This document shows, one piece after another, positions 44,339-54,163 of a stretch of DNA of 64,000 bases. Origin of the DNA: an uncultured virus (IMG/VR IMGVR_UViG_3300049847_000281) (Duplodnaviria; Heunggongvirae; Uroviricota; Caudoviricetes); IMG/VR virus record IMGVR_UViG_3300049847_000281, one strand, 5' to 3'. A program made the position numbers and the translations under genes. Positions within the stretch are counted from its first letter, which is position 1, and every line of letters starts with the position of its first letter. Below the pieces are notes generated by a model that did no database searches, had not been told where the DNA came from, and saw only the letters and a list, made by a program, of their open reading frames with translations.

Positions 44339-45280
44339 TTATTGGAATAAGAACGAGTATTGCGCAGGGATATTTTCCACCCCACCAAATTGTGCTATCA
44401 GCTGCTGTCTCCTTGCCTCGTTTTGAGGACTTGAGTTTACATTATATTGTGCCTCGCTGTTAGTTATTAAAGAATTCGGGTTCCCTATTCCCTGTGCTGT
44501 AGGAAATCCGTTGACAAAATTTTGCGCCAATAATTCTCCTCCTGATGCAGCGTTCCACGGGGCAGGCATTCCGCTTGTTCCCGGATTCGCCTTTCCGCCA
44601 AACGCTCCGCCAGCCCATAACCCCGCTCCGGCTTGCAGCAATCCGCCAACGCCTGTATTCGCATTCTGTCCGGCAGCATTAGTCAGCGCACTTGTAGCTG
44701 CCATAGCACCAAGATATTTTTGCTTCTGATTCCAGTCCCACGACTTCTGCTTCTCTGCACTCTGCACCTGTCCTAAGATGCCGCGCTGTTGCATAAGTGT
44801 GCGCTGGTTGCCCTGCTGAAACTGCGCGCCCTGTGTGGTAAGGTCTGTAACGCCTTTGTTGTAGTTTGCATCAAGCGCTGCCACGCCAGCGGCTATCGCT
44901 ACCGGGTCTTGCTGGGTGTCCACTAAGTTGCCCACGCCACGCGAAACACCTGACGACATTCTGTTGCGTGCAGCGGCTTCTCCGGGCAGCCGCGCATTAG
45001 ATGCCATATAAGATGCAAGCGCTACATTGTTTTTATAGTTCGGGTCTACATATTCCTGATAGTTCGGTCGCTTGTTCTGCTTCTTGATTTTATTCGAGAG
45101 ATGTTTTTGGTGCGCGGCTACGCCTAAGTCATAGAGACCTTTGGCTCCGGCAGCTATTCCAAAAGCTACCGCTGGCAGTATCGCAAAGTGCGGTGATGAA
45201 TGTGTTGCAGCATGTCTGACTAATTCTACTGGCAATAGGGCTGCTGCGCCCAAAATTGAAAACAACATTGTTTGATGCAA
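44339..45280 (-). CDS. Gly/Ala/Gln-rich ejection (pilot-like) protein
   Basis: Hydrophobic G/A-rich N-terminus and Q-rich coiled coil. Confidence 0.6.
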   Translation of the reverse strand: MHQTMLFSILGAAALLPVELVRHAATHSSPHFAILPAVAFGIAAGAKGLYDLGVAAHQKHLSNKIKKQNKRPNYQEYVDPNYKNNVALASYMASNARLPGEAAARNRMSSGVSRGVGNLVDTQQDPVAIAAGVAALDANYNKGVTDLTTQGAQFQQGNQRTLMQQRGILGQVQSAEKQKSWDWNQKQKYLGAMAATSALTNAAGQNANTGVGGLLQAGAGLWAGGAFGGKANPGTSGMPAPWNAASGGELLAQNFVNGFPTAQGIGNPNSLITNSEAQYNVNSSPQNEARRQQLIAQFGGVENIPAQYSFLFQ

Positions 45281-45303
45281 ATGTATTTATTTTATAATTA
45301 CCA

Positions 45304-48300
45304 TTAACTCTTCTCTGAATAAACGTACACACAGCTCACCATAAACAGTGCCGAGGGTGTCGGCTCGTCCTGCGCCAGCGTCACCATCATCGCGTCTCCG
45401 CGCATCGGTCTTCCGTTCAGCAGCGGGTTGGTCACTCCCGGTGTCTGCATATCACGCAGGATGTCCGAGTAGTAATTCCCTTCAATGTATTTAAACTTCC
45501 CTGCGGGTAGAATCGAAATCATTCCCACCGGGTAAGGCTGCCCTTCGTTTATCAGCAGCGATGAAGCATACCACACCGTGTCGCTGCTGGTCTTCAGCTC
45601 AACAAAAATTTTCACCTTGCCGGGTGCTTTGTTCACAGGAAACGTCACCGTGCTGCTCTGCTGCTCTCCGAAGAAATTATTTTGCAGCGGGTTCACACCT
45701 TGCAGCCACAGCTCTCCGTTTTTAAACGCCACTATCTCTTGTCGCAGACTGCAATAGTTTTCCGGGATGAAGCCATAGCGTGTCACCCAGCGGTTACGAA
45801 GTTTGTTGAAAGCTATCGTAGCTCCGGGAACTTCCTCGCTCGATGTGTCTGTGCCGCCACTCAGCTTGTACGAGTAGCCCACGGGCTGCATTGAAAGGAA
45901 TGGAGTGAATATCACTTCAATGATAGAGCCGTTGTAAGCTGTTCCTGCCAACGGAGCGGTAAGCGTTATCTCTCCCGTCACATCATCCACCTCTGCTGTC
46001 CATCCGCTGCCATAATTATTTACCTGATAAACAATCGTACTCTGCATATCTTCGTAAGCATTTACCTCATAGCTCATCAACACAGTCGTGCCGTGTTTTA
46101 TCATCACCGCTACCTTCTCGTCTGCGTCAGGTATGCGCAGCACCGCTGTCGCCCGTTGCGGAACAGTGGCTGCTAAGTTCGGGAACGTCACAATGTATTC
46201 GTCATGATAGCGGTCGTATACACTCGGCACTTTCACCTGAGCGGAGTGATTGGCTGACAGCTCCTCTCCGCGCTGCGAAAAGTATTCTATCATCTTGTAG
46301 TCACTCACCGCAAAGAGCTGGTTGCCGGAGTAGCGCGGCACACCTCCTAAGTTCCTGTCGAACATGAAGACGTGCTGCTCATCGTTGATGGCTACGCTCT
46401 CTCCGAACTGACTGCCCATTGTCCTTTGTAAAATGTTGGTCTGCGGCACCACCTCATTAGCAATGGCTACAAGAAGCTGCTGTCCGCTGCTGGCGGAACG
46501 AAGCACATCCTTGTCTACATACATCGTCACAATCTTGCTGTTCTCACATACGCACATCAGGATGTCGTCACTCACTAACATCAACCTGTTGATAAGACCA
46601 TAGTTGCTGTTCAGCTGCTTTTGATTCAATGCCTGAAACGAGCTTAGTCCGTTGGTCTTTGTGTCTTCGATATAGCGGTCGCTCAGTCGTATCGCAGTAG
46701 GTCTTTCGATGCGTCCGATGTCGATGGCATCCGTATTAGTTCTGCCGATGCTCTCGTCTTCGCTATCCCAAAAGTCCGAGATGCTTTCATCTTCTATCAC
46801 CTGTATCACCCGGTTGGAGTCAGCGGTGTGCTCCACATCTACGTTCATCGTCCGGTTGCGGAAGTACGTGTTGCCTGTCTTGAACGTTCCCTCAGCAGGA
46901 ATAGCGGTGCTGGTAAAGTAAGGTGACGGCTGGTAGGTTTGGTCAGCTGTCTGCCCCGAATGTCTGTACCGCAGCACTCCGTCCTGTATGATGGGTTCTA
47001 CCTCGTAGCACTCTCCGAACTCATAGAAGACGTGGTTAGTCTCGTCTAAGTGCGGAGTATAGATTTCGTACATGTCGCCAATTCCCAAGGCAGGCATGCG
47101 CTGGTCGTTCGTGAAGAAGAGCGCAAGCTCCGCATCGCTGTTCACATCCAGTATCTCATAGTCTCCGTAGTAGTTAAAGAAAGCACCTGATGCTTTCTTG
47201 ATGAAACGTATGCGGTCTCCTTTAGCAAACGTGTAGGCAATGTTGGTGTTCGGGTTCTTGCGTTTGTAGTAAAGCAGGTTGTCTAATCTGATTTTTACGA
47301 TTGTCCCCAGCGCCTGTGTAGTCGCCACACCTAACGGGTTAGTTGCGTCCGCCATCGTAGCGTAGTAGCCCACTTGGTCGATGCAAAATTGCAGGTAGTA
47401 ATTAAGTTGTAAATTTCTTGTCCGCACCCACTGCCACTTCTTAGCCCAGCTTGGCGGCTCACTGTAGATGCTCCAGCTTATCAGCGGCACTCCCGCCTCT
47501 GCCGATGTCCATCCGCCTGTCGGTTCGTTATAGAACGGGATGTGAACCTTTGTCTGTTCACTCACGCACACCGCTGTTCTGCGGTCTGCCAAGTCATAGT
47601 ACACGATGCCGAAAATTTCATCGCTTCCGTGCTTCCACCCTTGGGTAGAAACAAGCAAAGAAAGGATGTTGATAGTAATGGCTCCGAGGCTGTAATAGAA
47701 GTCCTGTGCGGTCGCGTTATAGGGTGGTGGTGCTGTTCCTCCGTTGGTGTCAATCGTAACGATGTCCATGTCGATAAGATTCTGCCTGACGAAATCTACA
47801 CGACAGGTGCTCTCACCTTCATTCAGCACAACCCACTCATGTCTTATAGGAGTTGCATTTAACACATAGTACGGAGTGTCTGTATAGCACGGAATAGTCA
47901 CCTCTCCGAAAGCATCAGAGTGCATCCATCCGCCATGACCTATCACTACATTGGCTCCGACTACATAAGATGTCGGGCACGTAGAACACCCCGCTGCCTG
48001 CTGTTGTATCAGTGCATAGACTTTTGTTCGTGAGTAATTCGAAACGTCATCGTCTGTGTTTCTCCATGCTCCGTCTACAAGTCCTTGCGTTAATGCGTTC
48101 TGCACAGAAGGAAGTCCGCTGCGGCTATACTCTACCGAGAGGTTCATTGTTCTTGCCCCGCATTTGCTCAGAGTTGTATTAACGGTCATTGTTGCTGCGT
48201 CACCGTATTCCAGTGCATAAAAGAAATATCCGTTGTGGTCTGTAAGAGAGTTCTCTGAGTCTACCCACCAAAATATAGTGCTGTCCTGCTGCAAAGCGTA

Positions 48301-50694
48301 ATCGTTAAACACATCGTTATTCAGCGTAGTCGGGTCAGATTGCAGCACCAGCGCTTTCTCAATCCGCGTGTCCGCAAGAATGTGAGCATACGATGGAGTG
48401 CCGAGAGTTTTGTCGTGGTCGGCAATATATCCGGCTAAGACTTTATTCCCTGCCATGTCGGGAATAATAGTTCGTCCGACAGTGATAATCTTTGAGCCGG
48501 GGCTGTCTACGGTAGATGAGTTCACGTGGATGACTCCCTCTGTCCCGACAAATCCGTTTACTTCCAGCACAGGCATGCTGCGCTTCTGATAGTCTAAGGT
48601 CGTTGCCGACAGCTCCGCAGCCGTGGTGTACTGGTCTGCAAAGCGTAGAATGTATTCTCCTTCCGGCACGTTCTTTATTTCAAAGGTGCTGAAGATGTGC
48701 GATGCTGGCGCTCCGTCTTCTCCGATAATTCCTCCTGTGTTCGAATTGTCCATATAAGAAAATCCGGCAAACGGAACACGGCAGTTGTTCCCTGCTGCGA
48801 AATCTACCCCTCCATTATTTCCTTCAATCCATGCCCGAAGGTTGTTCATCGCAATGTTCCCTGCCTGCTGTCCATAATAAAGGTTGCCATTAAAATTTTG
48901 TTGCGCAGTAGTCCAGTAGTATTGCTGGCTCACCGCGTAATGCGATGTCCCGGCTAAGTAGGCTACAAAGCCATGCACTCCGGGAAACGCGAACGGCTGC
49001 TGCTTCGTCAGCGCCATGTACTCCGGTGACAAAAAGTTGAAAGTCGACTCTGACATGCCGCCCCACATCGGAGCATTGCTGATGCCGACATTTGCCTGAG
49101 TGCCGTAATAGATGGGCTGGTTATAAAGCTCAGGAGTCACATACGCTCCTCCGGGCGAGACCTCCCATCCGTTAGAGATGCTGCGAATAAATATCGCTCC
49201 GCGTATCGTATAGGTAGGTCGCTGTTCCAGCTTCGTAGCATCATAAGTCACCGCCAGCTTTGCATCAACAGGAACTTTGTCGTAGCCCTCTACAATTCCT
49301 GCATCGAAAATTCTGTTAGCCACATACTGCTGGCTCTTCACAAGAAGCCCTACGGAATCGTATGGCTCTATTGCACGCGCTTGGTCGATGCTTTGATATA
49401 AGCCATCGTTATAAAATTTGTAAATCTGCTTCTTTGTTCCCCACTCCCAAGGACTTAGCGAGACTGCTAACTGCCAGTCACCTTCGTTGTGTTCGCGCAG
49501 CGCGATATTCACCTGCCGTATCTTCCACATCTTAGACGGGTTGCTCAGGCGCGGGTCGCTGAAGTCTACCTCAATGTAGTTGTCGCTCTGCTGCGTTACT
49601 CCGGGGTCGCATGCCTGTGTCGGCATAGCGATGGTGCTGATGGCTCCCCACACGCTCGTAGAAAAATCCTCATATACATACTGACAGCGAAACTGAAAAA
49701 CCTTTTCTCTCACTAAGTTTACACTGCGGTTCGCATCAGTCTTATACTGAACCTGTGGCTCACACTTAGGCGGGTACTTCACGCGCTCCAGCAGCTCATA
49801 GCTCAATGGCTCATAGCTTCCCGAAACGAGCGGAAGGTTCTCAGGGTAGAAGTTTTCCGGTGCAACTAAATTATGCAGCACATTGATAGGAATCAATGGC
49901 GACAGCATCTTGCAGAAGAAATCTCCCGGCTGTGCCATCTCCACTTCAACAAAAGACCCTCGGTTGGTTGCAATGAAATTGGCGACTGCTCCGGGAGTAA
50001 GATGGTACTCGGTGATGAAATCTTTTACGCGACCTTCTAAGGTTGTCGCAGCGGTGGTGAGGTTCACCTGTGCGCCCAAAATCAGAGTTCCGTCATCCTG
50101 ATAAACATTGAACGAATACTTTTGTGCATCCGGGTCTGTCATCGTCAGCGCATCCGGGTCAAAATACACCACAAACTTTTTGCGTTTGTCGGTCTCGTTA
50201 GCGCGCACGATGTTTACTTCTCTCGGAGAGTTAAAGTAATCGGTATAGTAAAGATTGTCGCCAACCAAGTTGATGCCAGTGGCATAGTGGTCAGGGTCGA
50301 AGTTCAGCGGGTTAGGCTGCAACAGCGAAGGATATACTGCCGGGTAACGCACCTGCATCACCTTCTCTATTACGCCAAGCTCGTTAGTTCCTTTGTTACG
50401 GTAGTAGCGCGAAATAAGGTGATAGCCGTTGCTGTTATAGGTAAGCGAGATGATGGAGTCGCCTTTGTTGTCCTCAAAGTCTCCGATATTTTTATTGTCT
50501 CCCGCAGCTAAGAAAGGATTAGACACTTGCAGGCTGCCCGGCACTTTCGTCACCGAGCCTGTCTTGCCATCCTGCGTTACTACGTTGTGGATGTTAAGCG
50601 CATCTCTGTAGTCACCGGGAGCCATAACACGCTCATCGGTGTCGGAATCCAACCCTCCGGTAAACATGATTGCGCCTTCGGTGTCCTGACCCAT
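45304..50694 (-). CDS. tail stabilization / tail-tubular-B-like protein
   Basis: FTGGLDSDTDERVMAPGDYRDALN N-terminus; C-terminal beta-propeller-like region; 1796 aa. Confidence 0.75.
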   Translation of the reverse strand: MGQDTEGAIMFTGGLDSDTDERVMAPGDYRDALNIHNVVTQDGKTGSVTKVPGSLQVSNPFLAAGDNKNIGDFEDNKGDSIISLTYNSNGYHLISRYYRNKGTNELGVIEKVMQVRYPAVYPSLLQPNPLNFDPDHYATGINLVGDNLYYTDYFNSPREVNIVRANETDKRKKFVVYFDPDALTMTDPDAQKYSFNVYQDDGTLILGAQVNLTTAATTLEGRVKDFITEYHLTPGAVANFIATNRGSFVEVEMAQPGDFFCKMLSPLIPINVLHNLVAPENFYPENLPLVSGSYEPLSYELLERVKYPPKCEPQVQYKTDANRSVNLVREKVFQFRCQYVYEDFSTSVWGAISTIAMPTQACDPGVTQQSDNYIEVDFSDPRLSNPSKMWKIRQVNIALREHNEGDWQLAVSLSPWEWGTKKQIYKFYNDGLYQSIDQARAIEPYDSVGLLVKSQQYVANRIFDAGIVEGYDKVPVDAKLAVTYDATKLEQRPTYTIRGAIFIRSISNGWEVSPGGAYVTPELYNQPIYYGTQANVGISNAPMWGGMSESTFNFLSPEYMALTKQQPFAFPGVHGFVAYLAGTSHYAVSQQYYWTTAQQNFNGNLYYGQQAGNIAMNNLRAWIEGNNGGVDFAAGNNCRVPFAGFSYMDNSNTGGIIGEDGAPASHIFSTFEIKNVPEGEYILRFADQYTTAAELSATTLDYQKRSMPVLEVNGFVGTEGVIHVNSSTVDSPGSKIITVGRTIIPDMAGNKVLAGYIADHDKTLGTPSYAHILADTRIEKALVLQSDPTTLNNDVFNDYALQQDSTIFWWVDSENSLTDHNGYFFYALEYGDAATMTVNTTLSKCGARTMNLSVEYSRSGLPSVQNALTQGLVDGAWRNTDDDVSNYSRTKVYALIQQQAAGCSTCPTSYVVGANVVIGHGGWMHSDAFGEVTIPCYTDTPYYVLNATPIRHEWVVLNEGESTCRVDFVRQNLIDMDIVTIDTNGGTAPPPYNATAQDFYYSLGAITINILSLLVSTQGWKHGSDEIFGIVYYDLADRRTAVCVSEQTKVHIPFYNEPTGGWTSAEAGVPLISWSIYSEPPSWAKKWQWVRTRNLQLNYYLQFCIDQVGYYATMADATNPLGVATTQALGTIVKIRLDNLLYYKRKNPNTNIAYTFAKGDRIRFIKKASGAFFNYYGDYEILDVNSDAELALFFTNDQRMPALGIGDMYEIYTPHLDETNHVFYEFGECYEVEPIIQDGVLRYRHSGQTADQTYQPSPYFTSTAIPAEGTFKTGNTYFRNRTMNVDVEHTADSNRVIQVIEDESISDFWDSEDESIGRTNTDAIDIGRIERPTAIRLSDRYIEDTKTNGLSSFQALNQKQLNSNYGLINRLMLVSDDILMCVCENSKIVTMYVDKDVLRSASSGQQLLVAIANEVVPQTNILQRTMGSQFGESVAINDEQHVFMFDRNLGGVPRYSGNQLFAVSDYKMIEYFSQRGEELSANHSAQVKVPSVYDRYHDEYIVTFPNLAATVPQRATAVLRIPDADEKVAVMIKHGTTVLMSYEVNAYEDMQSTIVYQVNNYGSGWTAEVDDVTGEITLTAPLAGTAYNGSIIEVIFTPFLSMQPVGYSYKLSGGTDTSSEEVPGATIAFNKLRNRWVTRYGFIPENYCSLRQEIVAFKNGELWLQGVNPLQNNFFGEQQSSTVTFPVNKAPGKVKIFVELKTSSDTVWYASSLLINEGQPYPVGMISILPAGKFKYIEGNYYSDILRDMQTPGVTNPLLNGRPMRGDAMMVTLAQDEPTPSALFMVSCVYVYSEKS

Positions 50695-50706
50695 AGCAAC
50701 TGTTAG

Positions 50707-51438
50707 TTATCGTTTTACACTTGAATAAATATGATGATACGTAGCATCTAAGTATTCATCCATCGTAAATGAGTAGCTGAAGAACTTCAGCTTCTCCACT
50801 TCATTGTAGTACATCTGACGCAGGCGCTCTTTCTCTCCGGCTCCAACGGTCTTGTCAAACTCGGCAAGCTGCCAGTGAATGCCAGCACGTATGGGCGCAA
50901 TAGCTGCTGAGGGGATAACTGTACTCCCGCTTTTTTCCACGCCATTGCTTTTATATTCCATTACAATTTGCGTCTTCGGCATCACGGAAGCAAACTGTAT
51001 TCTGTTTCTCTCTACATCAATGCGATAAAATCCGAGTTCATTAAGACCTCCGCCCATAGAATATTTTTCACCCACATATTGCCCGTTGCGAAATGCGGGG
51101 GCATAGTAAAATCCTGCTGCGGTGTTTTGGGAGACTAAGTTTTCCACGCACCCTTGCGATGTTGTTAGCTCTTCGTTTCCGCAATCATCTCGTTTCCGCT
51201 GCAACGCTATGTCGTTGTTTCGTGTAAGCGTCCAAATCTGACCGTTGATGACTACGCCAATCTTGGTATAGTATTCGTAATCAACAGGCAAATCAACCTG
51301 CAACACATCATTCATGTCTAAGAACGCTACACGAATGTTAGGCAACGTAAATAGATGCAGGTCGCGCAGAGTGTTTACTCCAAACTGAAGTAAGCGCTGG
51401 TACGAGTTGCTGGAGTAATCCTGCAAGTCTACCTGCAC
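50707..51438 (-). CDS. tail ring/adaptor protein
   Basis: LPVDYEYYTKIG motif; synteny with crAss-like ring genes; true start unclear. Confidence 0.6.
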   Translation of the reverse strand: MQVDLQDYSSNSYQRLLQFGVNTLRDLHLFTLPNIRVAFLDMNDVLQVDLPVDYEYYTKIGVVINGQIWTLTRNNDIALQRKRDDCGNEELTTSQGCVENLVSQNTAAGFYYAPAFRNGQYVGEKYSMGGGLNELGFYRIDVERNRIQFASVMPKTQIVMEYKSNGVEKSGSTVIPSAAIAPIRAGIHWQLAEFDKTVGAGEKERLRQMYYNEVEKLKFFSYSFTMDEYLDATYHHIYSSVKR

Positions 51439-51454
51439 AAGATTGACGCAATAT

Positions 51455-52057
51455 CTAAGATTCTTGATGGGTTACCTCCGTTTCAGTTTTAAATTTCCAC
51501 TTATATCCAAAAGCCGTTTTTCTTCTTCCGTGCAAAGCCCTGCTGATACAGGTATTGTGATAGCCAAGTTTGTGCTGCACATCTACAACAGAATCAAATT
51601 CATTTATCACGTTATCCCTTAAGTCAGTTTGAAGAACAGGCTTCGAGGAGCCGCTATCTTTGCCAAACTTTCCTTTTGCCGGACTTTCTTGTCCCAAAAT
51701 ATGATAAGAATGAAGTGTATTTTCAGAGCGAGTACACCATTCAAGATTTTCTGCTCGGTTATCAATTTTTATTCCATTGATATGATTGACCTCTTTTCTC
51801 AAACTATCATCTTGTAAAAAAGATTTTGCCACAAGCCTGTGTACCCTTACAGCTTTTTGCTTTCCTTCGATTGGCATAATGTTCGCGTATAAATACCCGT
51901 GAACAAGCCCTTGTGCAATCATTTTTTCGTAACCATAAAAAACGGACTTTATTCTTCCGAAATTACTTACAGTATAGTAGCGCGGATAACCAACTATAGG
52001 TTTCCACTCTTCCCCCGGAATGTCTTCAATACTTTTATTCTTCCAGTGTTCCATCAC
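51455..52057 (-). CDS. NUMOD4-HNH-NUMOD1 homing endonuclease
   Basis: EEWKPIVGY..YTVSNFGRIKS, VHRLVA, VNHINGIKIDNRAENLEWCT and TAFGYKWKF. Confidence 0.92.
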   Translation of the reverse strand: MMEHWKNKSIEDIPGEEWKPIVGYPRYYTVSNFGRIKSVFYGYEKMIAQGLVHGYLYANIMPIEGKQKAVRVHRLVAKSFLQDDSLRKEVNHINGIKIDNRAENLEWCTRSENTLHSYHILGQESPAKGKFGKDSGSSKPVLQTDLRDNVINEFDSVVDVQHKLGYHNTCISRALHGRRKTAFGYKWKFKTETEVTHQES

Positions 52058-52680
52058 GCAGTGTTAGGGTTTGAGTCAGAAACCATCTTAGTCCGGTATT
52101 TTACCTGCGTCTCAAGCAGCGCGCTCACCTGCTCATACAACATCTTCTGCGTAATCGCAGGAATAGGAATAGGCGCGTTCTCATCTAAGCCATCCGTTCC
52201 CGCCAGCATCTTCACCATCACCTTGCTGATGTTGCGGGTCAGTCCGGGGAAGTAAATGCGGTCTCCTTCGAGATAACAGACCTTTAGTCCTGACAGATTT
52301 CCTGCTTCGAGTTCTTTGAAGATTCCCTGAGCATTGTTGTCAACTAAGACAAACATGTCGCTTTGGTCTTCCGTAGGACACACCAGTCTGATGCAGCGGT
52401 CGCCCGGAAGCTCGATGGGCTTAACAGGAAGCGTTACATATTTTTCTTTGCGCACTTCACTGAAATAAATCTGCACTTCAGGGTAGGTGGAAATCCAGCT
52501 GTTGTTGATGGAGTAACTGCCTTTGGCGAGGTTTTGTCGGTACTCAGCGTCTACTAATGCCCCTACAGCGATGTCTACCAGCGCAAACACATCGCGCTCG
52601 TCAATCTTGCTTTGTGACGTGGCGAAGCCCCCGCTCTTCTGAGCGATGATAAGGTCGGCTATGATTTTTTTAGATACCAT
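52054..52680 (-). CDS. tail ring/adaptor protein
   Basis: 208 aa in the neck/tail block. Confidence 0.55.
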   Translation of the reverse strand: MVSKKIIADLIIAQKSGGFATSQSKIDERDVFALVDIAVGALVDAEYRQNLAKGSYSINNSWISTYPEVQIYFSEVRKEKYVTLPVKPIELPGDRCIRLVCPTEDQSDMFVLVDNNAQGIFKELEAGNLSGLKVCYLEGDRIYFPGLTRNISKVMVKMLAGTDGLDENAPIPIPAITQKMLYEQVSALLETQVKYRTKMVSDSNPNTA

Positions 52681-52681
52681 G

Positions 52682-53485
52682 TTATACGCCCTGTGCTTTC
52701 ATTTGTTGAGCGAACGCCTGAAGCTGCTGTTCGCGGATGTTGATGCCTAATTTTGTGAGCACCGAATACGCCACCTGATTATTCAGGATAGCCGGGAGTT
52801 CGATGTTTACACTCGTTGTCGGGTCATAGATGGCAAAGAATCCTGTAGGATTCGTATAGCCCCACACGGGTGTAAGCGGATAGCGGATATGCACCATCGT
52901 CACGCTGCCCAAATCTTTCGGAGCAAACTCGATGTGGTCATTCATAAATCTGCACACGGGATATTTCTTAGATGGCTTGCGCACCTGCGAGTTTATGGCG
53001 GTGGCAAACTGCTCATCCGTCAACACCGTCACAGGTTTAAACACAGATGTTGTAGAGACCTTAGCTGACTGCTTCTGTGCCAGTGTGCCCTCTTCGGTTT
53101 CGCAATCGTCCTGAGCGATACTTGGCACGGGCTTGTCGGGATTATCACACACTTCGCTGGTCTGACTGATGTATTCATAGGTCAGCACACTCTTGTGCAT
53201 GTAGTCCGAAGGGTAAGGCGCATGTCCGTCTGCATCTACAGCAAGAACATTCGTCTTCTTCAGACCGGAGAGGTAATCAGAAACAAGTTGTGTAACTTCC
53301 CACGCGACTGCGGGTAGCGGCATCCCCGGAGCATAGTGCTGGGGTAAGCCGTAGTAGTACATGATTATGTCATCAAGCGAACTGCGTACACACAGGTTGT
53401 ACTCATCAGGAGACAGGGATGCCCCGCTCTGATGCTTGTTGGCAATGAACTCCACCAGCTTCTTGTTCTCGTTGATGTTTATCAT
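52682..53485 (-). CDS. tail ring / head-tail connector protein
   Basis: IANKHQSG..SPDEYN, YPSDYMH and IRYPLTPVWGY, similar to crAss-like ring proteins. Confidence 0.6.
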   Translation of the reverse strand: MININENKKLVEFIANKHQSGASLSPDEYNLCVRSSLDDIIMYYYGLPQHYAPGMPLPAVAWEVTQLVSDYLSGLKKTNVLAVDADGHAPYPSDYMHKSVLTYEYISQTSEVCDNPDKPVPSIAQDDCETEEGTLAQKQSAKVSTTSVFKPVTVLTDEQFATAINSQVRKPSKKYPVCRFMNDHIEFAPKDLGSVTMVHIRYPLTPVWGYTNPTGFFAIYDPTTSVNIELPAILNNQVAYSVLTKLGINIREQQLQAFAQQMKAQGV

Positions 53486-53494
53486 AGCACACGA

Positions 53495-54163
53495 TTATGT
53501 TCTTTGAACCCAAACTGATAAACGAACCTTTCCTCCGGGGGTTGTCTTCGCTGCTATCAGCCGCGCAGACGTTCCGGGGCTGAAGGTGTTGTAAGTGTCA
53601 CCCATCGGATTTGTTACAGCTACATTTCCATTCAATGCTGTTCCCGCAGGAATAGTTATCAAACCATCTTGCACGGGTAGCCCGTTTGCTGTTAGCTGTA
53701 TAGTCGCATCATCAGAACCCTCAATAGCTTTCGTTACAAAGGCGTTCATCCATACGAATTTCCCATCGTAAGCGGTAATGAATTCGTTATTGCATATCTC
53801 ATCCGTCTCAAACGAAACTTCAACAAGAATTAACTCTAACACTTCCGATGTACTGTCCGTCACCGTCACATTCCATGCAGTGCCGTCATAGACGCACGAT
53901 GCCAGCGTATTTCCGGTGAGTGCCTGCTGAGGCGTAAGCAGCTTCCCCGCCAGCGTAACATTCTCATCGCTAAACTGCGCGACATACAGAATGTTAAAAG
54001 CATACGAGATTCCTGTAGTGCCAATCGGAACAATGTCAATAGTCAGAGGCGAAGAAAGAGAGCCGCTCCCCGAAACAACATACGTGGCAATGTTCTGCGT
54101 AGCATCAATCGGGATTGTTCCTCCGGCTGTGGTAGCTATTAAATTTAAAACAGGTTGCTTCAT
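53495..54163 (-). CDS. virion structural protein
   Basis: Beta-rich, 222 aa. Confidence 0.55.
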   Translation of the reverse strand: MKQPVLNLIATTAGGTIPIDATQNIATYVVSGSGSLSSPLTIDIVPIGTTGISYAFNILYVAQFSDENVTLAGKLLTPQQALTGNTLASCVYDGTAWNVTVTDSTSEVLELILVEVSFETDEICNNEFITAYDGKFVWMNAFVTKAIEGSDDATIQLTANGLPVQDGLITIPAGTALNGNVAVTNPMGDTYNTFSPGTSARLIAAKTTPGGKVRLSVWVQRT

